From NCBI GenBank assembly GCA_964472075.1, contig CAYYIY010000014.1:16196-80195 (forward strand): DNA of 64,000 nt, given 5' to 3'. Below the pieces are notes generated by a model. That model had not been told where the DNA came from. It saw only the letters and a program-made list of their open reading frames with translations, and did no database searches. The DNA is from an uncultured bacterium. GTDB taxonomy: Bacteria > Muiribacteriota > Ozemobacteria > Ozemobacterales > Ozemobacteraceae. Position numbers and translations under genes: made by a program. Positions 49,048 to 57,656 of the stretch are shown here, piece by piece; position 1 is the stretch's first letter; each line of letters starts with the position of its first letter.

Positions 49048-49803
49048 ATGCAGAAAATCTTCGAACGACCGAAAGCATTGAGCAAGAACCCGTTTCACTA
49101 TTGTCCGGGTTGCGATCACGGCGTGATTCACCGCATGGTCGCGGAGTCGCTGGATGAACTGGAAGTGACCGGCAAGACGATCGGCGTGGCTCCGGTGGGC
49201 TGCTCGGTGTTTGCCTATGATTACTTTGACGTCGATTTCAACTCGGCGCCGCACGGCCGCGCTCCGGCGGTGGCGACGGGGATCAAGCGGGTTCACCCCG
49301 ACTCGATCGTGTTTTCGTATCAGGGCGACGGCGACTGCGCGGCGATCGGCACGGCCGAGATCGTGCATGCGGCGAACCGCGGCGAGAACATCACGGTGGT
49401 GTTCGTGAACAATGCGATCTACGGCATGACGGGCGGTCAGATGGCGCCGACGACGCTGATCGGCATGAAGACGGCGACCTCGCCGTACGGCCGCGATGCG
49501 AAGACGATGGGTCATCCGATCAAGATGTCCGAGATGCTGTCGACGCTGACGGCTCCGGCCTTTGTGGCGCGCGTGTCGATTCACAATGTGGCGAATCTGA
49601 TGAAGGCGAAGAAGGCGATCAAGCGCGCTTTCGAGATTCAGAAAGAGAAGAAGGGCTTCTCGTTCGTGGAAGTGCTGGCGATCTGCCCGACGAACTGGGG
49701 CAAGCCGCCGGTCGAAGCGCACAAGTGGCTCGAAGAAAACATGATTCCGGTGTTCCCGCTGGGTGTCTTCAAAGACGCCACCGGCGGACCCGCCGTCATG
49801 TAA
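49048..49803 (+). CDS. OFOR beta subunit, copy 2
   Basis: Protein identical to 42042-42797. Confidence 0.9.
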   Translation: MQKIFERPKALSKNPFHYCPGCDHGVIHRMVAESLDELEVTGKTIGVAPVGCSVFAYDYFDVDFNSAPHGRAPAVATGIKRVHPDSIVFSYQGDGDCAAIGTAEIVHAANRGENITVVFVNNAIYGMTGGQMAPTTLIGMKTATSPYGRDAKTMGHPIKMSEMLSTLTAPAFVARVSIHNVANLMKAKKAIKRAFEIQKEKKGFSFVEVLAICPTNWGKPPVEAHKWLEENMIPVFPLGVFKDATGGPAVM

Positions 49804-49818
49804 AACCGGAGGAAACCG

Positions 49819-50415
49819 ATGTCAACCAACATTGAACGCATCATTCTCGCCGGTTTCGGCGGACAGGGAATTCTCTTTCTCGGCAAGGTGCTGGCCGAAG
49901 TCGGTATGCATTCGGGCAAGCATGTTTCCTGGATTCCAAGCTACGGACCGGAAATGCGAGGTGGTACGGCCAACTGTACGGTCGTCATTTCCGAGAACCC
50001 GATTGCCTCGCCGATGGTGACGATTCCCGATACCGTCATCGCACTGAACAAACCTTCGGTGGCGAAGTTCAGCCCTCGCATCAAGGGTGGCGGCATGTTG
50101 ATGTACAACTCATCGTTGATTGAACGACAGGAATTTCGCGATGACATTCGCCTGGTCGAGATTCCGGCAAGTGAAATTGCCGACGATCTCGGAAACCCGC
50201 GCGTGGCGAACATGGTGATGGCGGGTGCGTATGCCAAGTACAGCAAGGTGATCACCTATGACGACCTGGTACGCCTGCTGCCGAATCTGCTGCCGGCCAA
50301 GAAAAAAGAACTGATCGAGATCAACATGGCGGCCGTCGAACGCGGATACTCGTTCGTGAAAGAGAAAAAGTACATGTTTGGTCGCTACGTCTACTCTGTG
50401 TTCAAGGGTCAGTAA
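49819..50415 (+). CDS. OFOR gamma subunit, variant 2
   Basis: AGFGGQG, PSYGPEMRGGTANC; roughly 60% identical to variant 1 by hand alignment. Confidence 0.93.
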   Translation: MSTNIERIILAGFGGQGILFLGKVLAEVGMHSGKHVSWIPSYGPEMRGGTANCTVVISENPIASPMVTIPDTVIALNKPSVAKFSPRIKGGGMLMYNSSLIERQEFRDDIRLVEIPASEIADDLGNPRVANMVMAGAYAKYSKVITYDDLVRLLPNLLPAKKKELIEINMAAVERGYSFVKEKKYMFGRYVYSVFKGQ

Positions 50416-50418
50416 GGC

Positions 50419-51000
50419 ATGGCAGTAACAAAAAAGAACCTGATTCCGAAGAAGACCGCGAAGTCGATTCTTGCCGACAAAGCGAAGAAAACGAAAAAGA
50501 CGGCGGTTCGCAAGAAAACGGTGCGCCTGCCGAGAGCTTCGGTTCCCGAGCTTTCCGAAAAAGCCGGTAGTACGCCGAAACCGAAAAAGCAGAAGGCGAG
50601 CGACCTGCCCGAACTGCTGCAGAAGGTGATTCGCCTGCTGGTCGAAAAGAAGGCGGAAAACCCTGTGTTGATGCAGGTCGCCGATCTCGTCGGCTATACC
50701 GATTACTTTCTGATTGCGACCGGGAACAATACGCCGCAGGTGCAGGCCATGGCCGAAGCTGTCGCTCTGGAACTCAAACACGGCGGCAAGCCGACCCGCA
50801 TCGAGGGAAAGCACGACACGGTCTGGGTGCTGATCGACGGTGGCGATTTCGTCGTGCATCTGTTCCAGCCCGAGGCGCGCAAGTTCTACGCTCTCGAAGA
50901 TCTCTGGGGTGATGCCCCCGTGATCGAAATCGACGAAGAAGAGTTTCTCCCCGCGAAGAAAAAAGTTCGCAAGACCAGGGCGTCGGCAGACGAAGACTGA
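50419..51000 (+). CDS. rsfS: Ribosome silencing factor with Lys-rich N-terminal extension
   Basis: EKKAENPVLMQV, TDYFLIATG, WVLIDGGDFVVHLF, FYALEDLWGDA. Confidence 0.92.
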   Translation: MAVTKKNLIPKKTAKSILADKAKKTKKTAVRKKTVRLPRASVPELSEKAGSTPKPKKQKASDLPELLQKVIRLLVEKKAENPVLMQVADLVGYTDYFLIATGNNTPQVQAMAEAVALELKHGGKPTRIEGKHDTVWVLIDGGDFVVHLFQPEARKFYALEDLWGDAPVIEIDEEEFLPAKKKVRKTRASADED

Positions 51001-51007
51001 CCGTATG

Positions 51008-51044
51008 ACCCGCCCGCAATCGTCCTGGTTGCCGGCGGGTTTTT
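51008..51044 (+). terminator. Intrinsic terminator after rsfS
   Basis: ACCCGCCCGCAA...TTGCCGGCGGGT followed by TTTT. Confidence 0.65.
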
Positions 51045-51138
51045 CATTGCTTTTGAACAGGAAACAAGGCCCTCTGAAAGATAATGAGGCTGACAATCGG
51101 CAAGATGGTCGATCGTTGTTCCTCGACGGCTTCATGAC

Positions 51139-51858
51139 ATGAAAACGGACAAAGGTCGACAGGCTGTCCCGGATGCTCGGGTCTATGAACCCACATTTGA
51201 AGGCTTTCTAGGCGATGAAAACCGGCACTATCTTGGAAAAGTGCTGCGGTTGCGTGATGGCGATCCGTTTGTGGTCGTTGACGGGTGTGGACATGAAGGC
51301 TGGTGCAGGTGGTCGCCGGATGGAGCTTTGCGTCTGGAACAGGTGACGGAACCGCAGCGTGACCCCAAACTGCAGATCACTCTTTATGCCGCCCTGACGA
51401 AAGGCGACCGCTTCGAGTGGCTGCTGGAAAAGGCGGTTGAACTCGGCGTGGTTTGCATCGTGCCGTTGATCTGCGCGCGAAGCGTGGTGCGCGATCTGTC
51501 GCCGGCGAAGGCGGAGCGCTATCGCAAGATCGCTCTGGCGGCCATGTTGCAGTCGGGCGGCTGCCGCTTGCCGCGCGTCGAAGAGCCGATCTCGTGCGAT
51601 CGGCTGCCGAAGCCCGACGAGAACACGAAGGCGTGGGTTCTGCATGAAGGAATCGGCGGCGATGCCTGTCTGCCGACTTTCGAGTGTACGAGTTCCCACC
51701 TCTGGATCAGCAGCGGACCGGAAGGCGGATTCACCGACAAGGAGATCGATGCGCTGGCCGGCCGGGGCTGGCAGATGGTTTCTCTCGGTCGTCGGCGCCT
51801 GCGGGCGGAAACGGCGCCATTGGTTGCGGCAGCTGCCGTGCTGCTCAGGAATGCCTGA
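51139..51858 (+). CDS. rsmE: 16S rRNA m3U1498 methyltransferase
   Basis: HYLGKVLRLRDGD, KGDRFEWLLEKAVELGV, GPEGGF, SLGRRRLRAETA. Confidence 0.93.
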   Translation: MKTDKGRQAVPDARVYEPTFEGFLGDENRHYLGKVLRLRDGDPFVVVDGCGHEGWCRWSPDGALRLEQVTEPQRDPKLQITLYAALTKGDRFEWLLEKAVELGVVCIVPLICARSVVRDLSPAKAERYRKIALAAMLQSGGCRLPRVEEPISCDRLPKPDENTKAWVLHEGIGGDACLPTFECTSSHLWISSGPEGGFTDKEIDALAGRGWQMVSLGRRRLRAETAPLVAAAAVLLRNA

Positions 51859-53117
51859 TGCCTACGTATTTCGTGCAGTCTCTCGGCTGCAAAGTCAGTC
51901 AGTATGATGGGCAACGTCTCGAAGAGCACCTGCGCACGCTCGGTTTTGTACCGGTTGTCGATGAGCAGGAGCCTGATCTTTTCATTCTCAACAGCTGTTC
52001 GGTAACCGGCAGAGCGGCGCAAAAGGTTCGTCAGACGCTTGGAGCGGTCAAACGGCGCTGGCCGCGAACGAAGCTGGTACTCGCCGGGTGCGAGGCGAAA
52101 AATCGTGACCTGGCGGCTCAGGCCAGCCCCGAAGCCGATGGGGTGTTGCTGCCGAACTCGGCGCGCGCGGTCATTGAAGAGCTGGTTGCCGGCCTCGGGT
52201 TCACGGTACGAGGGCGCGTCGAGCAAGATGACCACCATTCGCTGTTTCAGAAGGTGCGAACTCGGGCGTTTCTAAAGATACAGGACGGCTGTCGTCAGTT
52301 CTGCACCTACTGCATCGTGCCGCATCTCCGCGGAGAAGAAGTTTCGAAGCCTGTTTCTGATGGTGTTCAGGAAGCAATGCAACTTGTACAAAACGGCTTT
52401 CGCGAACTGGTGATCACCGGCATTCACCTCGGACGGTATGCTCCGGGGTTGGTGCCGTTTCTGCGAGAGATCGAGAGAATCCCGGGGCTGGATCGCATTC
52501 GCCTGAGTTCGATCGAGTCGGTCGAGGTCGGTGATGATCTGATCAACTGGCTGGCGACTTCTCCAAAGGCGTGCGCGCATCTGCACCTGCCGCTGCAATC
52601 CGGGAGTGATGAGACTCTGCGCGCCATGAACCGACCGTACACGACCGTCGACTTTCAGAACGTGGTCGACCGTCTGCGCCGGCGTCTGCCGGATATCGGT
52701 ATTACCACCGACTTCATGGTCGGGTTCCCGGGCGAGAGTGATACCCTGTTTGACGAAAGCCTGCGGTTTGCGGAACAGATCGGATTCTCACGCATGCACA
52801 TCTTTCGCTACTCGCCGCGCGAAGGCACCCCGGCGGCCGCCATGCGCCAACAGGTTGACGGCCGCGTGAAGCGCGAGCGAGCGGAACGCGCCGAGCAGGT
52901 CCGGCGTCGTTCCGCTCTGGCCTTTCACCGCCGCTTCATCGGCCGCGAGGTCGAAGTGCTGTGGGAAACCTGGGTTGAAGGTTTCTGGCACGGCATGAGT
53001 CGCGAATACATTCCGTGCGTTATGCCGGGGTCGACTACGGCCGATATGACGAACCGGATTGAGCGACGAATCGTACAAAGCGCCGGCGCAGAGAACATCG
53101 AATTAAAAGGTTCTTGA
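51858..53117 (+). CDS. mtaB: tRNA t6A37 methylthiotransferase (MtaB; MiaB-like radical SAM)
   Basis: SLGCKVSQYD, NSCSVT, LKIQDGCRQFCTYCIVP, HLHLPLQSGSD, HIFRYSPREGTPAA; ATG overlaps the rsmE stop. Confidence 0.9.
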   Translation: MPTYFVQSLGCKVSQYDGQRLEEHLRTLGFVPVVDEQEPDLFILNSCSVTGRAAQKVRQTLGAVKRRWPRTKLVLAGCEAKNRDLAAQASPEADGVLLPNSARAVIEELVAGLGFTVRGRVEQDDHHSLFQKVRTRAFLKIQDGCRQFCTYCIVPHLRGEEVSKPVSDGVQEAMQLVQNGFRELVITGIHLGRYAPGLVPFLREIERIPGLDRIRLSSIESVEVGDDLINWLATSPKACAHLHLPLQSGSDETLRAMNRPYTTVDFQNVVDRLRRRLPDIGITTDFMVGFPGESDTLFDESLRFAEQIGFSRMHIFRYSPREGTPAAAMRQQVDGRVKRERAERAEQVRRRSALAFHRRFIGREVEVLWETWVEGFWHGMSREYIPCVMPGSTTADMTNRIERRIVQSAGAENIELKGS

Positions 53118-53232
53118 TTCGACGAGTCACGGGTGCCTGGCGTGCATTCGTCCTGGGGAACTCACGAACCATCAGCGAACCAGCCTTTACCTCGACAACC
53201 TGTGTTCGCCTGTTGGGTCGAGAACTGTCAGA

Positions 53233-54753
53233 TCAGAGGATGGAAATGCGTTCCAGCTCGGATAGTGTGATGGTGCCTGCAGCGACGGCTTCGGCACCGG
53301 CGCGCAGAAGGGTGCGGCGCGGCGGCTTCTGAAGCGCTCGACCGATGGCACGACGATCGCCGGTCTGCAGAGTATCCTTAAAGGTTTTGGCCGGCGTGAA
53401 GATCTCGTAGAGGGCAAGGCGGCCTCGATAGCCGCTTTGATTGCACTTTTCACAACCTTTGCCGAGACGCGCCTTCATGGGGAGTCCGGCGCCGCCGTAT
53501 CTCTTGAGAGCCGCGGCCGACACCCTGGCGGGAACGGCGCATGAAGGGCACACCTTGCGGGCCAGCTGTTGCACGACGACGCCGGTGAGAGCCGAAGCCA
53601 GCAAATGGGGCGGAGCTTTCAAATCGAGCAGTTTGCCGATGACCTCTTCGACCGACGAGGCATGCATGGTCACGAAGATCAGGTGGCCGGTGAGAGCCAG
53701 TTTCAGGATCCTGTCCATGGCTTTTTCGTCAGGGATGTCACTGACATAGATGACATCGGGGTCGCCGCGATCGATGGCCGCGAGCAGAGCCGAGCAGGTC
53801 AGCCCGAGATGGGGTCGGACATGGGTTTGTGCAATACCCGGCAGGATCATCTCATACGGAGCCTCAACGGTAGCGAGGTTGCGCTGTCCTTTCTCACGCA
53901 GCTGCTGAAGAGCGTGGTAGGCCGTTGTCATCTTGCCCGAGCCGTGCGGGCCGGCGATGACCACCAGGCCGAACGGAGAGTTGATCAGACGTTGAAAAGC
54001 CGCACGATCGTCCGGGTTGGGGAAAAGAACTTCCGGCTTCCACTGCTGTTCTTCCTGAATCAGCAACCGCATGGTAATGGTTTCACCAAGGGCGGTCGGT
54101 AGCACGTTGACCCGGATGTCGACGGACTTGCCCTTGATCTCAACGACCATGCGCCCATCCTGCGGCAACATGTGTTCCGCCACGTCAAGGCAGGCCTTAT
54201 ATTTCGCGCATGAGGTAAGAGTTTCCTTGAACGTCAGCCCGTACTCTTTCCCATCGACCAACACGTTGTCGACGCGGAAACGCACGCGCATGCCCTCCGG
54301 AAGAGGCACGAGAATCAGATGAGACGCCCGGCGATCCACGGCTTCCTGCAGTAATGAGAAGAGCTCCTGCTCAAACGCCTGCCGCTGATCGGAGTGACTG
54401 TCCGAGTTGTCGGCTGACGATTCGGCCATGGATCCCATGAAGGGGATCAGGCCGTCACGCACGCCCTGGGCGATCTTGGGCATCATGACATCGAGCGTGC
54501 CCTGGTTTTCTCCGGCACGAGCCATGCTGATGTATGAGGCCGAGAACACGGTGGGAACGGAAGCGAGGGCGTCGCAGAAGCTGCTGCCGCTCGAGATGCT
54601 GTGCAGGATCCGGCGTGTCGCATCAGCCATGATCGGGTCCGGGGTTTCGACGGCGATCGTTTCGAGAGCCGCCATCAACGGAACACCGGAGCCGAGAAAG
54701 AAGCCGAGTTTATCGGAAAATGCCGCCAGTGATTCTTTGAGGTCGGTAGACAT
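53233..54753 (-). CDS. Fusion of a soluble T2SSF/PilC domain to a GspE/PilB-type ATPase with degenerate catalytic motifs
   Basis: N-terminal FSDKLGFFLGSGVPL...ARAGENQGTL (T2SSF); RVRFRVD, DGRM, GPHGSGKMTT, DPDVIYVSDIPD, TGHLIFVTMH, CPSC/CEKC, GYRGRLALYE. Confidence 0.85.
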   Translation of the reverse strand: MSTDLKESLAAFSDKLGFFLGSGVPLMAALETIAVETPDPIMADATRRILHSISSGSSFCDALASVPTVFSASYISMARAGENQGTLDVMMPKIAQGVRDGLIPFMGSMAESSADNSDSHSDQRQAFEQELFSLLQEAVDRRASHLILVPLPEGMRVRFRVDNVLVDGKEYGLTFKETLTSCAKYKACLDVAEHMLPQDGRMVVEIKGKSVDIRVNVLPTALGETITMRLLIQEEQQWKPEVLFPNPDDRAAFQRLINSPFGLVVIAGPHGSGKMTTAYHALQQLREKGQRNLATVEAPYEMILPGIAQTHVRPHLGLTCSALLAAIDRGDPDVIYVSDIPDEKAMDRILKLALTGHLIFVTMHASSVEEVIGKLLDLKAPPHLLASALTGVVVQQLARKVCPSCAVPARVSAAALKRYGGAGLPMKARLGKGCEKCNQSGYRGRLALYEIFTPAKTFKDTLQTGDRRAIGRALQKPPRRTLLRAGAEAVAAGTITLSELERISIL

Positions 54754-54840
54754 GGTGAGCCTCCTGTAAGGTGGAACGTAGATTCGTCAGTAACAGGACA
54801 CACGGCGACGGCCGGCGCGCACGGCACATCGATTGAGACA

Positions 54841-55353
54841 TCAGATCAGATCGTAACGGCGATTGATCGGGGCCAGAGCATCGAGCATGGGGCGTCGGGT
54901 CGATTCGGCTTCCATGCGTCTGAGAAACGCTTCAAGAGCGGGGCGTCGAACCCGGATCGCGCCGCCGATGTTCAGATGCGGAAGCTCGACGAGCAGACTG
55001 CGAGCCTGTTCGAGATCGACACGAAGATAAGCGGCAACCTCGCTGAGCGTCAGAATGTCGTCTGACAGAACGGCGCTACCGGTCGAGGCTGTCGGCACGG
55101 GAGCAGCCTCGCGTGATTTCGAGGTTTCGAGCGGGGTCGACAGACCGAGCATCTTCAAGGCTCCAGCCAGAGCACGGTCGCCACCGTTCGGCAGCGGATC
55201 GCTGACACTCTTCATCTGCCGCTCCAGGGCGGTGTACGATGCACGGCAGGAGGGGCAGGCGTCGAGATGATGACGTGCTTCGGCAGGGGATTCGGATTCG
55301 TTGTAGAAGAGGTCGAGAAGGTCCTGTTCCGTCAGACAGTGTTTAGTTGTCAT
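54841..55353 (-). CDS. Zinc anti-sigma (ZAS) domain fused to an HTH_17/excisionase-like domain
   Basis: HLDACPSC (HxxxCxxC); ILTLSEVAAYLRV...GGAIRVRRPALEAFL. Start set at ATG 55353 (RBS GGAG), overlapping the sigma gene end. Confidence 0.75.
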   Translation of the reverse strand: MTTKHCLTEQDLLDLFYNESESPAEARHHLDACPSCRASYTALERQMKSVSDPLPNGGDRALAGALKMLGLSTPLETSKSREAAPVPTASTGSAVLSDDILTLSEVAAYLRVDLEQARSLLVELPHLNIGGAIRVRRPALEAFLRRMEAESTRRPMLDALAPINRRYDLI

Positions 55354-55876
55354 GGTCGTCTCCAAGAAGTTCGCGGAGTTTGCGAACGGCGAACAGCACG
55401 CGAGATTTCGCGGTAGCAACTGGTACTTCCTGAACTTCGGCGACTTCGACGAAGGTAAGATCGGCGAAGTGTTTCAACAGAAAAGCCTCGCGGATCGGTT
55501 CAGACAGCTGGGCCAAGGCTTCCCGCACCACGTGCGGGGTCTCAGACGGCGGCGCGAACGTCTGTTGCTGCGCGAGTTCTTCGGGGCGGTGGAAGGGCAC
55601 GATCTTGCGCTCGCGGCGCTTGAACTCGAGGAACTTGTTGCGAGCGATGGTGAAGACCCAGGGCTTGAGCGGGCGGTCCGGGTTCCAGGTTTCGCCACGG
55701 GTGCAGAGGGTAACCAGGGTTTCCTGCAGCAGGTCTTCGGCGATGACCGGGTTGCGGGTGAGGCGATAGAGAAACCCGAAGAGAGGGGCTTTCAGCGTGG
55801 TCAGCAGCCGAATCTGAGCGGACCGATCGCCGCTCAGAAACTGCCGCATCATCGTTTCCCAGGTTTCGTTGTTCAT
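55343..55876 (-). CDS. ECF sigma-70 factor
   Basis: AEDLLQETL, WVFTIARNKFLE (region 2); REAFLLKHFADLTFVEVAE...ATAKSRV (region 4.2). Confidence 0.92.
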   Translation of the reverse strand: MNNETWETMMRQFLSGDRSAQIRLLTTLKAPLFGFLYRLTRNPVIAEDLLQETLVTLCTRGETWNPDRPLKPWVFTIARNKFLEFKRRERKIVPFHRPEELAQQQTFAPPSETPHVVREALAQLSEPIREAFLLKHFADLTFVEVAEVQEVPVATAKSRVLFAVRKLRELLGDDHDN

Positions 55877-55896
55877 GGTGTTTCAACAGGTAATAT

Positions 55897-55935
55897 GAAC
55901 GAGAGGTCGAAATGGATTGATGCCGAAGAAAAAAA
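55897..55935 (-). promoter_or_regulatory. Candidate ECF autoregulatory promoter
   Basis: Minus strand has a T-tract, then GCATC-17 nt-CGTTC, 20 nt upstream of the sigma start. The assignment is inference from general ECF promoter layout. Confidence 0.3.
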
Positions 55936-56000
55936 GTTTTCGGGGGGCAAAATCGGCCGCTCGCGGGCTTTCAGAGCGCTCGACACGATTGGGGTTCCGC

Positions 56001-57563
56001 TCATCGGGCGAGATACAGGACTGCGCCGGGGCCGACCGGAAGCCCGAGAAGCAGCCAGAAAACGAGCAGCAGGGACCAGGCGATCAGAAAGGCGATCGAG
56101 TAGGGAAGCATGGTGGCGATCAGCGTGCCGATGCCCGATTTCGGCTCGTAGGTCTCGACAAAGGCGATGATCAGCGCAAAGTAGGACATCAGCGGTGAGA
56201 TGATGTTGGTGACGCTGTCGCCGACGCGGTAGGCTGTTTGTACCAGCTCAGGCGAATACTGCAGGAGCATGAACATGGGCACGAAGATCGGGGCCATGAT
56301 CGTCCATTTCGCCGAGGCACTACCCATGAAGAGGTTGATGAAAGCCGAGAGCAGCACGAAAGAGATCATGAGCGGAATCGGCCCGAGGCCCGAAGCTTTC
56401 AGAATCTCGGCCCCTTTCACGGCGACGATCAGCCCGAGGTTCGACCACTTGAAGAAGGCGACGAACTGCGCGGCAAAGAAGACCAGCACGAGATAGCCGC
56501 CCATCGTCGACATGGTTTTTCCCATGCCTTTCATGATGTCGGCGTCGCTCTTGAAACTGCCGGTAGTCAGCCCGTAGACCGAGCCGCAGACGACGCCGAA
56601 CAGGAAGATAAAGGCGATGATGCCGTCCATGAACGGAGAATGCAGCACCGCCCCGCTCTGCGGATCTCGCAGAAAGCCGTTCGAGGGGAGCACTCCGGCC
56701 AGAATCAGCACGGAAAAGAAGATCCCGACGGCGAAGGCACGGCGCAGGCCGGTTCGCTCGAGGTCGCTCAACGGGTGCAGATCTTCAGGTTCGGCATCAC
56801 CGCGATACTCGCCGAGTCTCGGGCTGACAATCGTTTCGGTCACCCAGGTACCGACGATGGTAAGCAGAAAGGTCGAGACGACCATGAAGTAGTAGTTGCA
56901 GGCGGGGCTGACCGTGTAGGCCGGGTCGATCATGCGCGCGGCTTCCTGCGTGATGCCCGCGAGAAGCGGGTCGACGCTGCCGATCAGCAGATTGGCGCTG
57001 TAACCGCCTGAGACCCCGGCGAACGCCGCGGCGAGACCGGTGATCGGGTGTCGCCCGATCGCGAGAAACAGGGTGGCACTGAGTGGGACGAGCAGCACGT
57101 AGCCGGCTTCACTGGCGGCGTTCGACATAATGCCGGCAAAGACGACGACGGCGGTAAGCAAGCGTACCGGTGCGCCGAGCACGAGAATGCGCAGACAAGC
57201 GCCGATGAGACCGCCGGCTTCGGCGACGCCGATGCCGAGCATTGACACGAGCACCGTGCCGAGCGGGGCGAAGCCGGTGAAGTTGGTGACCACTTCTTTC
57301 AACAGGCGATGCAGACCTTCGACTGAGAGCAGATTGACGACCGGAATTGCTTTTCCCGTGACCGGATGCACGGTCGAGATTCCGGCCAGGTGCGCCAGCC
57401 ATGAAACCACGACGATGCAGCAGGCGAGAAGGGCGAACAGCGTACCAGGGTGTGGCAGTGCGTTGCCGACGCGCTCGATGACGGCGAGCAGGCCCCCGGT
57501 CGATCGTGAGTCTGAAGGCGTGGCCGGATCAGGCGAAGCGGGAGTGGGGGCAGTGGTGCTCAT
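56001..57563 (-). CDS. abgT: AbgT family transporter
   Basis: [59 protein letters not shown]. Confidence 0.9.
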   Translation of the reverse strand: MSTTAPTPASPDPATPSDSRSTGGLLAVIERVGNALPHPGTLFALLACCIVVVSWLAHLAGISTVHPVTGKAIPVVNLLSVEGLHRLLKEVVTNFTGFAPLGTVLVSMLGIGVAEAGGLIGACLRILVLGAPVRLLTAVVVFAGIMSNAASEAGYVLLVPLSATLFLAIGRHPITGLAAAFAGVSGGYSANLLIGSVDPLLAGITQEAARMIDPAYTVSPACNYYFMVVSTFLLTIVGTWVTETIVSPRLGEYRGDAEPEDLHPLSDLERTGLRRAFAVGIFFSVLILAGVLPSNGFLRDPQSGAVLHSPFMDGIIAFIFLFGVVCGSVYGLTTGSFKSDADIMKGMGKTMSTMGGYLVLVFFAAQFVAFFKWSNLGLIVAVKGAEILKASGLGPIPLMISFVLLSAFINLFMGSASAKWTIMAPIFVPMFMLLQYSPELVQTAYRVGDSVTNIISPLMSYFALIIAFVETYEPKSGIGTLIATMLPYSIAFLIAWSLLLVFWLLLGLPVGPGAVLYLAR

Positions 57564-57612
57564 GAGGCCTCCTTGCGGTGTTCGTGCAGATACGATAGCA
57601 GAAATTCCAGAG

Positions 57613-57646
57613 AAAAAAACACCCCCGGACCGAAGTCCGGGGGTGT
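57613..57646 (-). terminator. Intrinsic terminator after the clostripain gene
   Basis: Minus strand ACACCCCCGGAC-TTCG-GTCCGGGGGTGT followed by a T run. Confidence 0.85.
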
Positions 57647-57656
57647 ATGGAGCGAA

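Larger units (their letters stand above)
47720..49809 (+). repeat. 2090-bp direct repeat, copy 2 (OFOR delta-alpha-beta)
   Basis: Matches 40714-42803. Confidence 0.95.

Noticed and set aside
40714-49809. Repeat pair as a composite transposon
   Set aside because: The repeats are metabolic genes; I saw no transposase, terminal inverted repeats or target-site duplication.
54841-55100. HTH_17 domain as a prophage/ICE excisionase
   Set aside because: No integrase, att-like repeat or tRNA is nearby, and it is fused to a ZAS domain in an ECF operon.
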